This document shows, one piece after another, positions 39,370 to 52,948 of a stretch of DNA of 64,000 nucleotides (its first letter is position 1; each line of letters opens with the position of its first letter). Position numbers and translations under genes: made by a program. The stretch covers positions 41,106,001-41,170,000 of the forward strand of contig NC_090348.1 of NCBI RefSeq assembly GCF_035084215.1, in the 5' to 3' direction. The DNA is from Heptranchias perlo. Taxonomy: Eukaryota. The notes beneath the pieces are model-generated. The model was not told where the DNA came from. It saw nothing but the letters and a program-made list of their open reading frames with translations, and searched no databases.

Positions 39370-39600
39370 TGGAGTATAGGTGAGTTCAAGGTTAAGAGAG
39401 GGAAGGTGGACAGATAGTTTGGATCTAACTACTTTTTGGGGAGGGAGGAGAGAGAGAATGTAGAATGGACTGTCCAAGGAGGTAAATGGTGTGAAATTTT
39501 TTTTTTTAATTGGGTAGATATTTGAGGGAGTGGAGGATTTGAACATTAGTTTTTGGGACCGGCCCGATGGACAACAGGACCTTGTGCAGTCCTGTACTTT
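39370..39600 (+). mobile_element. Very old CR1 3' end
   Basis: TTCAAGGTTAAGAGAGGGAAG...AATGTAGAATGGACTGTC...GATGGACAACAGGACC follows CR1 3' layout. Confidence 0.45.
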
Positions 39601-41689
39601 CCCAGGTTACTATTTTCTGACTAGGAATGAAGAAAACTGGCAACGCTTTACAATTACAGCACCGACGCTACTTTACTTGTACATCTCACAAATACACACA
39701 GAAACAAAATCAACTTTTACTACCAACAGCAGAAACCATTGCTAATATTTTACAGCACCACCACACACTTAGCCAGTTTCTACTCGCGTAAATTCCATTT
39801 CCTCGACTCAGAGAGCGTCAGAAATGCTCAACTGTACCTTGGCTGTTACCCAAACCATTTGAGTCGATCGTTCATCCTTCAAGAATTGTAGGAGGTGATC
39901 TGCATCAGAACTAAAATCAAAGATCACAATATATATTTTACTCCGAAGACTAATTTTTTTTTTAAAAAACAGCTCGGATGATCCAAGTTATAAGCAGCAA
40001 TTAACCGCTATTCGGAGCTGTCTTAGTCCCAGTGGGTTTATGTCAGTAAAAGCATGTTACATGGATTGATACACAAGCAAATACCGATGACGGCTACAGG
40101 TTAGATGATTAATGGGTACACAACTGATGCAGGAGAAGCAGTGACAAGGGCAAAAATCTAGTGGCGTTCATAAAACAGCCTGTAGGTCATTCGTGGTTCC
40201 AAACCCTCTCGACTGTAAACCTCAGCAGATTGGCTGCTCCATTCACCTCCACATGCAGCCTCCCTGGCTTTGGAATGTTGATCAAAATTAACAATTATAA
40301 TTGAAAGCAGAGGGACTTAGACAGTATGAAACTGCAAGTGAAATTCACACAAACACCTTTTCATCAGATACTTGCGTTATTCAATAATCTTGGTGCTGAG
40401 TTCCCCAACATGTTGCGTTCCCAGAACAACATCCCTCACACTTCAAAAAATGAACTCATGAACGTTATCAACCCAGTCAGTCCCATATAAATCCGTACCA
40501 CGCAACCTCTTGAGTTAGGTACAGGGACAATCTGGTCTGTCCATCATCCCCTGAACTTCCCATGAAACACAGCATGACGAGGTAGGCAAGAACAGAAAGC
40601 AACACCTGTTACAACCCTCACTTGACGATAAGAGGAACACTGCTTTTAACCCCTCCTTTCTAGATAAGTAACGATGGAACCTTCCACATGTCAACTTTAT
40701 GACTAGAATTGGATATTATTGCCAATTGTACCACTGAAAAAATTCTGTTGGAGGTACACAACTCCTGACAGACGGACTTGCACCTGCTGACTGTTTTGTA
40801 CTCCCAAAGTCCAGGATCAGGAGCTTGTTTTTGTGAAAGCTTTTTAACATCTGCATTCAAGCAAGCTGCCGCACATGAAAAAGATACATTATGTGTTTAT
40901 TATTTGATTAGATGGGATTTTTTTTCTTAAATTGTGACCCAGTGACTTCCATCAGCTGTTGGTCTCGCCACCCCAGCAGTTCTCAAAGCTTCAAGTTTAA
41001 TCATTGATACATAAGGTTGATGAAGACCTGGAAATAAACAAGACTTCTCCTCCTCTTGAATCCCCCCCCCCCCCAATCCCCATCTCATCCAAGTAAGACT
41101 CTGGTTTCAGAAATAAAGTACCTGGAAATTATGGTATAAAATTATTGACACTTTTTTTTGGTATGATCCTAGGGTAGGGAATTTTATTTAAAAATCAATA
41201 CTTTAAAGATTCTATAAAGCCAAGTGAGCAAAACAAAAAGATATGCTCTTGCTTCAACATCAGTGTGGAATGACAGCGCTAAGAAACTAAGCAATTTTCT
41301 GACTTTCAGAGTTGATACATTGATGGGCAAGCAGACAGGTTCGAACCAGAGCGTCAGAAGCTCTCGTGTGGACTTTGCCAGCCCAGACAGCAGTAGCAGC
41401 TTCGTGCCACTGGAGGTCTTCAGTGAGCTTTGCAACGAGGACCCCCTCTTGTGACAAAAAATAGACATGGCAGCTTTTTAGTTTACTCCACAGGTCCAGT
41501 CCCCGATTTCAATCCTTCTCTTCAGTAAAAAGAAATGCTACCCCTTGGAATTTTCCACCAATTAAATTGGCAATCTGGTGAAGTTTTCCCCACCAACTAA
41601 TCCAAAGCCACTGACACCATGTGTTATTTCTGAACACAAGTTAAAACAAGCTATTTAGCCCTGACAATGTAGTTCAATTTTAACACGAG

Positions 41690-42520
41690 GGAAGCATCAC
41701 TAAGAGTGGCTCTGTAGTACCACATGACCAAGCCCCTAAGGACATAGGTGCCAGACTAGGCTTGCGGCAGGTGGTGAGAGAAGCAACACGAGGGAATAAC
41801 CGACTTGTCCTTGTCCTCACCAACCTACCTGTCGCAGATGCCACTGTCCACGACAGTATGCGTAAGAGTGACCACCGCACAGTCCTCGTGGAGACCAACT
41901 CCCGTCTTCGCATTGAGGACTATCGCCGTGCTAAGTGGGATAGATCAATAACAGATCCAGAAGTTCAAAATTGGGCATCCATGAGGCGCTGTGGGCCATC
42001 AGCGGCAGCAGAATTCTGTTCCACCACAATCTGTAACCTCATGGCCCGGCACATCCCTCCATCGCCAACAAGCCAGATGTCCAACCTGGTTCAATGTGCA
42101 GAAGAGCATGCCAGGAGCAGCACCAGGCGTATCTGAAAATGAGGTGCCAACCTGGTGAAGCTACAACACAGGACTACATGCATGCTAAACAGTAGAAGCA
42201 GCATACTATAGACAGAACTAAGCGATCCCACAACCAACGGATCAGATCAAAGCTCCAGTCCTGCCACGAGTAGTGGTGAACAATTAAGCAATTAACAAGA
42301 GGAGGCGGCTCCGTGAACATCGTCATCTTCAAATGATGGCAGATGCCATTAAAGCAGCATTCAACTGAGTGTGTCACCAAGGAGCCCTAGAAAAAACTGA
42401 AGTCAATGGGGATCAGGGGGGAACTCTCCAATGACTGCAGACATACCCAACACAAGATGGCTGTGGTCATTGGAGGCCAATCAACTCAGTCCCAGGACAT
42501 CGCTGGAGTTCCTCAGTTTC
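41690..42520 (+). mobile_element. CR1-clade LINE ORF2 remnant (APE endonuclease end, linker, RT scraps) with large internal deletions
   Basis: ORF 41762..42136 RQVVREATRGNNRLVLVLTN...DSMRKSDHRTVLV matches the APE C-terminal (P)TRG..LDL..SDH motifs. GGAGTTCCTCAG (GVPQ) occurs near 42505. Confidence 0.8.
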
Positions 42521-42979
42521 AGCGGAGTTTTAATCTATTTATTCGCACATCCCTTTTACTTTGATGCACCCCTTTCTTGTCGTATAGTAATTTATTTTGT
42601 ACTCTATCCATCTCATATTTGAAGATTTCCCACTGCTGATCTGTCCAGCCATTTAATTTAGGCCAGACCCCCTTTCATCTTGCTGAACTCGGCCTTTTCT
42701 CCCCCCAGTCCAGCACCTTCATCTTTGACTCATTATCCTTTTTCATTCTTACTTTGAGCCAAATTAATGTGCTTGCTATTGCCCAGTTGTTCTCCCATTG
42801 CATTTCCGGGAACTAAATCAAGCATGATGCAAGCAATGCTGATCTAGGAAACAGTCCTGAATGCTTTCTGAAAAGGATTCCTCACTTAGACTGGAACAAA
42901 TAAATGTATCGGGATAATTAAAAATCACCCAATATTGTTGCTCCTGTTGTTCTTGCATCTCCCTCTTGACTATCTGCAC

Positions 42980-44431
42980 AACATCGAAACATGGAATTTG
43001 ACCTAAACCAGTCCATGTTGGTGATTACCCTCCACACAAACACGTCCATCTACATCTCCACCTCAAGGTCATCTTCTCATTGTCATTGTTGGGTGACCTG
43101 CAATGCATAGTGAGCAAGGCCCCATTTCCCTTCCTATTCCTTAACTCTATATGGATTCTGTCACAACATAGCCCCCCTTGGACGTCCTTGCATTCTATGG
43201 CTGTGATAGACTCCTTTAGTCATCCTGCCACCCACCCCTCTCTCCTGAAAATGCTATAACCAGGAAAATTAAGCTTCTGGTCCTGTCTAAGCTCAAATCA
43301 AATCACTGTTGTAGCTACTATATGTTATCCCTCCATAGTTATTAATGCTTCCAATGCTCCAATTTTGTTTTGACTGCTTTGGACATTCACATGCATACCA
43401 CTCAAAGCTGACTCCAATTTTTGGAACATGGACCCTTTGTCTTTTTCCTGGTTTTCTCATTTAATTTTTTTTTTTAAATATCCCTTGCCCCTTCCACAGT
43501 ATTTATATCTCACTATCTCGTAGCCTGTTTCTTTCCCTTTCTCCCTACAGTATTTGCTCATTTATTTCAGCTAAGCCTCTGTTTTTATTACACTAGAATT
43601 ATTAATCTCGCTCAAACCTAGCACAAGCAGCACTAGAGACTGCCACCCTTGAGATTTCGTTTTCCCATCTAGCGTCCAATTGCTTTAACTCCCTCTGCAA
43701 GATCTCAAACATTCTTGCATCAGTGGTTCCTACACAGACCGCAATATTCGACTGCTCTCCCACAGTGCCCTTCAGCCTGGCACCAGAGAGGCAACAGAGT
43801 ATTCAGGAATAAAAACAGCAAATGCTGGAAAATGCAGCCTGACCTGCTGATTGTTTCTAGCATTTTCTGTTTTGGGGTTCAGATTTACAGCATCTGCAGG
43901 ATTATGCTTCTTCAAAAATAAAAATATACAGCATTCAGAACTCCTGGTCACAAATGCAAAAAATAGCCCTTACTCTAGAATCTCTCAGTACAACCAATCT
44001 CTTCTTATAGTCCATCTGCCTCATCCCCCACTTGAGTAGTTCCTTGCTCCATGGTGCCGCAATGTTGCTCAGAAACATGTTTCTCCGAGGCACCAACTGT
44101 CCACCCCCCACCTCATACTTGTCGAGCACCATGAGCCTCTTGGATAGTTCCAGTAACTCAGCTTCCTGCACCCGTGAATTCTGAATCCCTCTGCTGTCCG
44201 TGCAGACGGTCACCTATTGCTCTCCTTCTACACTATCCCCATCTCCTGAACTGCCCAGCAATGGCTCTCGGTTGACTTACGTGCTGGAAAGTACGATTCT
44301 GATGCTGCAGGGTGTGCCCAACTGCTGTTTGAGCACAATGATCCTCTGCTCCTGGGGGATCAGTTTTCTGACTCAATGCTCCTGGATACACTGGGGATCA
44401 ACAATGGCCCACGTACTGCATTCCACCCACA
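42980..44431 (-). mobile_element. Old CR1 5' region: ORF1 (esterase-like) and start of ORF2 APE domain
   Basis: Minus-strand translations RLVVLRDSRVRA (GDS-like), HVNVQSSQNKIGALEALI (NARS.RNK..EL-like) and PGYSIFRR occur in the right order, with many stops. Confidence 0.6.
43805..43910. mobile_element. Fold-back (Penelope-like) repeat nested in old CR1
   Basis: AATAAAAACAGCAAATGCTGGAAA...GCCTGACCTGCTGA...TTTCTAGCATTTTCTGTTTT. Confidence 0.65.
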
Positions 44432-45168
44432 GGCGTTGGGGAGAGTTATAGAACAAAGAGATCTAGGAGTACAGGTTCATAGCTCCTTGAAAGTGGAGTC
44501 ACAGGTGGATAGGGTGGTGAAGAGGGCATTCGGCATGCTTGGTTTCATTGGTCAGAACACTGAATGCAGGAGTTGGGATGTCTTGTTGAAGTTGTACAGG
44601 GCATTAGTAAGGCCACACTTGGAATACTGTGTACAGTTCTGGTCACCCTATTATAGAAAGGATATTATTAAACTAGAAAGAGTGCAGAAAAGATTTACTA
44701 GGATGCTACCGGGACTTGATGGTTTGACTTATAGGGAGAGGTTAGACAGACTGGGACTTTTTTCCCTGGAGAGTAGAAGGTTAAGGGGTGATCTTATAGA
44801 AGTCTATAAAATAATGAGGGGCATAGATAAGGTCGATAGTCAAAATCTTTTCCCAAAGGTAGGGGAGTCTATAACGAGGGGGCATGGATTTAAGGTGAGA
44901 GGGGAGAGATACAAAAGGGTCCAGAGGGGCAATTTTTTCACTCAAAGGGTGGTGAGTGTCTGGAACGAGCTGCCAGAGGCAGTAGTAGAGGCGGGTACAA
45001 TTTTGTCTTTTAAAAAGCATTTGGACAGTTACATGGGTAAGATGGGTATAGAGGGATATGGGCCAAGTGCAGGCAATTGGGACTAGCTTAGTGGTATAAA
45101 CTGGGCGACATGGACATGTTGGGCTGAAGGGCCTGTTTCCATGTTGTAAACTTCTATGATTCTATGAT
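44432..45168 (+). mobile_element. Young 5'-truncated CR1, near-identical to 23736-24470
   Basis: About 17 differences in ~735 bp by manual comparison; open frame to the same stop (GPSAGNWD*); (TTCTATGA)2 tail. Confidence 0.97.
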
Positions 45169-45694
45169 CACAAGGGGCTCCCGGCACTCTGCGTCTAACT
45201 TAGAAAGCGTAGGCAGTGTTAGCCTGAACTCCCACAAGCACCAAACTCTTGCAATAATCAAACTCATCAATCACTTCACACAAGTGTCAATTTTAAAGGA
45301 AAAAGAAAAAAAAATGCTCCTGACCAACTGCACCTTAGGACAGAACCCCCTCTGACCGCCCCCCCCCCCCCATCCCCATCCCCGCTGAGGCTGAACATCG
45401 CACCCCTCTAATCTTTCACTCAACCCACCAATTTCTCTCAGCTCAAGGTTGAGCTCTCGCCATTCAGCTCAAATACATCCCATCTTAGACGATAGTCCAA
45501 CTAGCGCAGGAAGAAACCATGGGACACTTAGCCGCACCTCTTCAGCAACCATTTGATTACCCATTACCGTCTTAAAGCAGCTCAAAATTACAGCACCGAA
45601 CTTTAAACAGCTCCTCGTATTGAACAGATAAAATTTGAGGCAGTGGATAAGGCACTGTCTGGTGGAAGAAGAAGAAGAAGAAAAATAAATCAAC

Positions 45695-45830
45695 TCGACT
45701 TCCTGCTACCAGTCCAGCCACCCTGCTGGAAAGTCCACCTGTGCTGCTTTTATATGATGGCACCTTCAGGCGTGGCTGTGATGCTCCCAACCGTTTAAGA
45801 GCCTGCCGTTGTCCAGGATCACGTCAATAG
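45695..45830 (+). mobile_element. Internal fragment of tRNA-type SINE
   Basis: CCCTGCTGGAAAGT, GGCTGTGATGC and AGCCTGCCG blocks of the same SINE family. Confidence 0.4.
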
Positions 45831-47689
45831 TAAGAGGGCAGGTGGTGCCTGGGGAGGAAAAAAAAAACCCATGGCAAATCAGTCGCTTCAGGACAGGAGG
45901 AAGAGGAGAGAAAAAGTGGATGAGAGGGAGAGAAAAGAGGAGACCGCACAATCCTGCACGTCAACTTCCAATCTCTCCTTCACTATAGATCTGAGCGTTA
46001 GATGCAGTAAAACAAGGAACCTACATGAAATATCAAAAGAATTTTCCTAATATCTGGAGCTATTAACCAGGCAGAACACCAAAATAAAACTGTATTTTCA
46101 CACTATGACATTAGCATGTTATGTTATCAGATATCCGAACACCATTTCAAAATCATTCAAAAAAAGATTTTTTTCTCAAAAGCGCACGAACCTTGGACTC
46201 CCAAGGTTTTTCTACTCAGCAAAACCTGGCAGATCTAGAAATAGTTTCTGGAAGTCGATACTTATTATACTGTTTGAGGCCTTATCTCAGCAGGAGCTAA
46301 ATTTAGCTCCTCCAAAAAAATCTGCAGGAGCTGCTGCAGTTATTGCTTCCGAACCAAAGAGAAGCTTGCTCCCAGGTTTCTCTGAAACATTATGCCCTGC
46401 ATCATTAGTTCCTTCTCGTGTGACGTTGTTTTATTTCAATATATTGCAAAACATCCAGGTGAGAAACAAACCAAAATCAAACACCTTCCAACTTGCATGG
46501 TTCAAAAATCCAACAGAGAAAGAAAAATGAAGTGACGTTAAAACAGCCAGGGGCTGGTACTATTGGACATACCGGGTTCCAACACCCTTATCTGCTCTCC
46601 CCTCCAAGACGCAGGGGACCACTGGCTGGCAGGTCTCTACTGCTGCAGCTCTGAAACTGATTACTCGGAGCAAGATGCAACTCCTCCCTACGATTTCCAC
46701 CCCTCCACCACAGCAACCCCCTCCTCCTCACAGCCCCCCAACCCCCGCAAACATCCCAACCCTCCCCTCCCCTCCCCTCCTCTCCTCTATGAAGGAGCAC
46801 TGGACCTCTGCTCAGTAGAAGAGATCAGGAATCTGGTGCGGAAGTGAGCACGTATAGACCTCGGCTGAGGACAGGGCTGCACTTGGGATCCCCTTCCCCC
46901 GCCCCGGTAATCAAATGACCTGCCATGTGATCGCCACGAGGTGACTATGACAGTAACTCGCTCAAGATACCAAAGGGGAACCACATCCCTGAAAGCAGTC
47001 AACATCTTAAGACAGGACGGCAGAAATTGACGAGAGAGAAAAAAAAGAGAACTCAGTGTCTGGAGAATTGTGGGATCAAACCAGTTTCCCACCGCTCCAA
47101 ACAATGACAGTGATCCAAAATGCTGCACTGCAGACAACCAAGTTGCCATAAAACATGAAGCAGCATATTTTCTAATGGGAATTCCAGTCTCTTGTCTATC
47201 CCACCATCTCCTTTGCTCTGGAAAGGGTTAAAAAAATTCAATTCAAAAGCAGGATGCATCCGAATACAGATTTGACAAGTCGTCTTCAATAACTGAAGGT
47301 CAATTGCTAAACTGTAATTGTAAAATACATCATTGCAAAAAAAAAAGGAAACCCTTTCACTTTGCACATAGGAATGTAAATAGAGCAATCATCACATGTC
47401 CCACAAGCTCATAAGGAGGAAGTAGATAGAGTGATTTACAGATAGCAGACCTGTTTCTAAGAATATGCACAAGTACAGCAAACTGAAGCAAGGTTCATGA
47501 TGTGAAAATAATTAACTCCATTGGCCTCTTTTCTTCCTCTTTTTCCCCCCAGATCTCAAGGATGAGGATGTTGAAGCAGAACAAGATTCAAAAAGTTAAC
47601 TTCAATTCATATCCCCACCTACACAAAGAAAATTAACTCTTGCAGGCTGGACAACAGTAATGAAGTTGGGAAAAACTGGATGCTGCAGA

Positions 47690-47900
47690 CTGAGCTTTCA
47701 CTTCTCAGACGGGTTCAACTCCACACAGGCTAATGAGATGATAACCTCAACTGTTAGCTGCAAGGGTCAGAAATGGAAGTGAGCTTGAACTAGCCTGCAT
47801 TGAGTTCCTGGTGGACACGGGTATTGGTGCAGTAACGTATGCTCTTCTGGGATTGGGGCCAAGTGGAAGGAGCTCCATTTTGTGTCCAGCCCAGGCTGTA
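47690..47900 (+). mobile_element. LF-SINE-like fragment
   Basis: AGCTTTCACTTCTCAGACGGGTTCAACTCC (head) and GAGTTCCTGGTGGACAC. Confidence 0.45.
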
Positions 47901-48699
47901 CCTAGCCTTAATACTGAAACAGGACACCTAAAAATGAAAATGTTCTGTGCCTCAGCAGTAATGTCCCTCACTACAATAAGCACAAGATTCACCAAAAAAG
48001 AAAATTAACATTAAAATTGAGGTTGGAGCCAAATAAGTATTTTTTTTAACAATACTCTAACAGAGAGAAACAAAATATGATGAACTGCTCATAAAAAGGT
48101 AGATAAACTATAGGTCACTATTATTTTCCGTAACATGGCTTATCAAATACAACCTTACTCCGGATCGGGCATTTTCAGGCAAGTCTCCTTAATGGACGCA
48201 TATTCCTTGTTCACTCAAGGTTGAACAGATTTCAGAAGCAAAACTGGAATAGCTATAACAAATATTCAGCACTAAAGTGCTGATTTACAAGTACAAAAAT
48301 GCCAGTTAGGTTCACTGTCCACATGTATGTCAAATAAAAACACCAGCTGCCACAGATTTGTTTTCTTGCATTTTGATGTGAACAGTATTTTTGGCATCAG
48401 CTCTGTTCTACCTCATCTACTGGTAATCAGAAATCCAGTCTATAGAGTGCAATTCCAAATGACATGAGTGACGAGCTCACTGCTGTACACAAATCTGCTC
48501 TACAAGAATTCTATGCTCACAAGTTGTACGCAATTACAACAAACCCAAGCAAAAAACAAGTTGACTGGTGCAGCAGTGCGCTCCAAGGTTCATTCACTGC
48601 CACCAGGATGCCAAAACCACCTATGCTCTTCAACACTTGAGAGTCTACCAATACATAGCTGTTCTGGAATTGTTACCTTCCATCCTTCATTTTTCTCTT

Positions 48700-49072
48700 T
48701 CCCCCCCCCCCCTCTCCAAAAAGGTGTTGACTCAAGCTGGCTAACAGATCCACAAGTGTTGGATACTTCCAAGTACCTCAACAAGCCAAGCTAAGGGGCA
48801 GACTATTCACCCATGGGAAGGGACAGAAGAAAACAGACAAGCCTAGTCTTGTTCTGACTCAAAATCAACACACTCAAACTTTCCAATAGGAGTCATTGAG
48901 TAGTGATCTGCAGCAAGAACTGCTGCTGATATTTTAACACTCCCTAGGCCGATTCATAGCACCTTGGCTGAAATCAATTAATTTAGCATAGACCAGGGAT
49001 CAAACCTGGAATGTTCTTGGACTCAGCTGCATACGGTGCAAAACATTCACCAGCTGAGCCACTAAGTGAGCC
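48700..49072 (-). mobile_element. Near full-length tRNA-derived SINE
   Basis: The minus strand starts with A-box-like AGTGGCTCAGCTGGTG and B-box-like CCAGGTTTGATCCC, and ends GAGTCAACACC...GGAGAGGGGG. Confidence 0.65.
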
Positions 49073-49112
49073 GCACTGCCAAAATTAAAAGTAATTAAGG
49101 AATTAAAGACCT

Positions 49113-50285
49113 ACAGACAGTATGATAACCCAATGCACCTTCCAGTTTCCTAGGAATTACTCACCAAAAGTGTGCAAGAAAGCAAAGCATAAGAAAGAGG
49201 AACACAGATTAGATAGATGCTGGGAAGGGATATGTACAACATAAAGAGTAATTATACACAAGTAAAATTTACCAAAATTTGATGCACAGTCTGAATGTAA
49301 AGAAATTAACCCAAGATAAAAGGTCAGATGGGCGGGATTTTCCCCTCAAAGTGCCACACGGTATTATAGATCTATCACCCAGGTCCCCTCGATCCCCTAA
49401 CTGATGATACATACTGATTTCATAGAAAGCAAATGTTACTCGCTGCTGCTCATAAACTAATTATCCTACACTACAAAAAAAAACTCTTCCCAACCATTGT
49501 CTCATTCTCTTCCTCCTTCAGGCAAAGCAGCTCCAATTTATACCCAGCCACAACTATTGTGGTCACAGTGTAGGTAATGCAGTTTGGGAAGAGCAGGACT
49601 GGTGGCAACTCATGACTAGACGCCAAGAGGAAGGAAGCATTGGAAAGCCGAGAGCAAAAACTGTGTCAACTAACCTCAGTATGTTGGTTTCTAAAGGGTA
49701 AGGAAACAAAAACGATCAACCAGAATTCAAAGTTCAGGGAAAGCAGACTTAGGGCGTTGGATTTTCTTTTTAAGCTGAGGTGGGCTGCACTGTCGGAGGG
49801 AAGAGGGGGGAAAGGGGGAAGAAAGAAGACAGCCTGGCTGAATTGTTTTGCTTATGAGGACAAGCAACGCTGAGGCTAGAGAATGGAATAATTTTCCAAT
49901 TTGGAACCCACCATCAACACCGAGAAAACCCTGATGATATAGAGCACAAGCTATTGCAGAGTAATGCTCCCCGACTCTGCCCAGCAATGTACCTCAACCT
50001 GGTCTCAGAAAAGGAGCCCTGTTGCATTTCACATACCACCATTTTATTGGCCTCTGAATAAAAGCTACCAAACTGTGGGCATTTCTCTATTGTGTGTCTA
50101 CAAAGGGGGGGGGGGGGGGTCTCACTCAGAACTGTGCTAAGCCTTCCCTCAGTCATTCATACTTAAAACCTTATAACAAAGATATTGCTTTCACCCCATC
50201 AATTTGAATTGCATTGGAGTTCAGGTCCCAAATGCAAACAGACAGTATGATAACCCAATGTACCTTCCAGTTTCGTAGGAATTAC
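49113..50285 (+). repeat. 48-bp direct repeat pair (49113-49160 and 50238-50285), 46/48 identical
   Basis: ACAGACAGTATGATAACCCAATG(C/T)ACCTTCCAGTTTC(C/G)TAGGAATTAC occurs twice, 1125 bp apart. Confidence 0.92.
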
Positions 50286-50619
50286 CCTGATTTTAATCAG
50301 CAGAGACTGCATTATCTGTCATCAACCCACAAGCATAACCATGCAAAGGATTGTATTCTGATCAAACAGTTGCTTTAAAATTGACAATCCTAAACTGAAA
50401 TGTTTAGATAAATAGCTAACTAGAGCTGCTGGAGCATGCATTAAGCTATGGGAAAATTGGACTTCCTTGCAGGTAGTCCACATTTTTTTCTGTCCTCCCA
50501 CAACTACCAGGATTAAAATCAGAAAATATTTATCTTTTTAAAATTTGGCTGCACCCTATTATGCCACCTGATATAATTAATGGTTCCCTCTCCTCAGACT
50601 CTGTTCTCTCCGCACGAAG

Positions 50620-51900
50620 ACTGTCGTCAACAGCCCTCCATTATATATATATATAATATATATATCTCGGTGTGTGTCCCATCCAACTACCATCCCAAGT
50701 CCAGAGTCCCTTTCATCAAGGCCTACAACATGTCGTCACCACCCAGCTCTATGTCTACCTCTCTCATCATTCCCTCCAATCTGGTTTTTGTCCTACTGAC
50801 AGCATCAAGACTGACCTGGTCAAAATCAGTGAAATCCTTTTTGACTGGGACTACAGCACATTGTCCTTCCTCCTCCTTGACCCCCCGCAGCTTTCGATAG
50901 TCAATCACTCCACCCTCATCCAACCTCCCCTCTATGGTCACTGGTGCTGTATTTTGCTTCCATTCCAAACCCAGCACATCCCTGTTAATGGTTTCTTCTT
51001 CTACCCCATAAAGTCAACTCAAGTGTGTCTCAAAGCCCCAGCCTATGCTGCCTCCTCTACATGGTGCCCCTCAGTGACATCACTGGTAGCCATGGGGTCA
51101 GCTTTCACACATGTGCCGATGGAACTCGGTTCCAGCTCACCATCACCACCCCAGAGTCCTCAATCACCAACGTGCTGTCTGACTGTTTATCCAACATCCA
51201 AGTCCTAGATGAACAAAACTTCCTTCAACTGAACACTGGCAGGATCAAACCTCTTCTGTTCAGCTCCCATCAAAGCCACTGCACCTTAGCCTCAGATTCC
51301 AGCTCCTCAGGATAAGTCAGACAACGTGCAACTTTGTTGTTCTGCTTAACCCTGGGCAGAGCTTCAAACCCAACATCCTCGCCACCACCTATTACCACTT
51401 CTGCAGGATGACCCACCTCCATCCCTACCCTTAATTGCAGCACAGCACATTATTTCCAAACTCAATTGTTCTAATATTTTACCTGCTGGCCTCCTGAGGT
51501 TTCCTCTTCACAAATTGCAACTCTAGCATTATCCTACACTAAGTCCCACTCCCCCATCATCTCTGTCCTCACCTTCAGTGGTTCTCTATATATCAATTTC
51601 TATCATCTACAGGTCCATCTATGGGCTCACCCCTCCCTATCTCTGGAATCATCTTCAGCGCACATTCGCACACACCCTCCACTCTCGTGACTCTGTCCTG
51701 GTTATGAACTCCATCTCCTCACACCACCTTCAGTCCCACACACTAGGACACTTTCTGCACAGCCCTCCACTTTGCTACTTCTGTCCCCTACTTCAAAAAG
51801 CCTCAAAACCTCTGTTTCATCTCGTCTCCGGTCATCACTCCGAACTCTTCTTCCACCTCTGCTTTCATTTTCAGACCTTTTATTACATTCAAAGCACTAT
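50620..51900 (+). mobile_element. Old L2 ORF2/3' remnant
   Basis: LQSGFCPTDSIKTDLVKI, HGVSFHTCADGTRF and LSDCLSNIQ are homologous to the 4087 L2. Confidence 0.75.
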
Positions 51901-51949
51901 TAGCTCACAAAGATACCTAGCGTTCTTGATGTTGCAATCACGTACAGCA

Positions 51950-52155
51950 AAAAATTAAAAAGACAAGGTTAGAAATATCCGGCAGCTCAAGCAACATCTG
52001 AAAGAAAGGAAGAGGACGGGTTAGCATTTTGGGTGTGACCTTTCATTAGAATCAAGTTGTGACGCAGGATGCCAACAGGAAGGTTATCCTTTCTTTCAGG
52101 TGCTGACAGATCTGATACTCCCAGCATGTCCTGTTCAATTTCAGATTTCCAGTCC
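51950..52155. mobile_element. Degenerate fold-back (Penelope-like) repeat
   Basis: CATCTGAAAGAAAGGA mirrors TCCTTTCTTTCAGGTG; ends TTTCAGATTTCCAG. Confidence 0.55.
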
Positions 52156-52819
52156 CATAGTTTTTTTTCCCCCCATTTCGACGTTCAACAAAAATGTTGG
52201 TCAACGATGTGACGCAGCACAAGACAAAGCACAATGTTGGAAGCAGCACCAAGTCAACTGGGACAGAAACCAGTGATCAACAAGATAAAGAAATGATCCA
52301 ATTATGGACAGTCGTCCTTTTCTAGTTTTAATACGTTGCAAGATAACATTTTCAGTCCTTGCTTCTTGCCAAAAAAACTGCATATGAAGAAATTATATCC
52401 TTTACAAATAATTTCCATTTTTTTCTAAAAATATAAATGTGATTCACAATTTTTTTTAAAAAAAACTTACATCAATTCTGCTGTTGCTATTAGGGCTGTC
52501 TGTATAGGCAGCTTTACAGTACTGGAATTTAGATTGCTGGCAGGGTAATAAGGCATCCAGAGAGACTCAGCTAGTTAATGAACCATAAAAATTAAAACAC
52601 TGAACAGTTATAATTTGTTGTCTTTTTATAATATACACACACACATCAAAATCATGCCATCATTCACACTCTGTCTCTTGGCCTCCCCTCCCAACACCTA
52701 GCTACGCAGTTGAGAATTTGGATGTTTTCTGCGGAACACAGATCCCTGTGTAGCACAGCTCCAAGCCTGTTAAGTCTCGTTTGCTGTGCACTCGGCTCTA
52801 TATTAGATCATTCGTGATA

Positions 52820-52948
52820 TATAATGTATATATACACACACACATAGACACAATATATCACACACATCTATATCTGTGAATATATATCCATACACATACA
52901 TATACATTATATACATACACACTATATGTATACACACACACACACACG
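52820..52948. repeat. Compound (TA)n/(CA)n microsatellite
   Basis: Alternating TA/CA dinucleotide runs are directly visible. Confidence 0.9.

Noticed and set aside
44376-44431. N-terminal extension MLLDTLGINNGPRTAFHPQ on the second CR1 ORF
   Set aside because: Chance read-in from the antisense strand of the older element; the ORF lacks the RT catalytic core.
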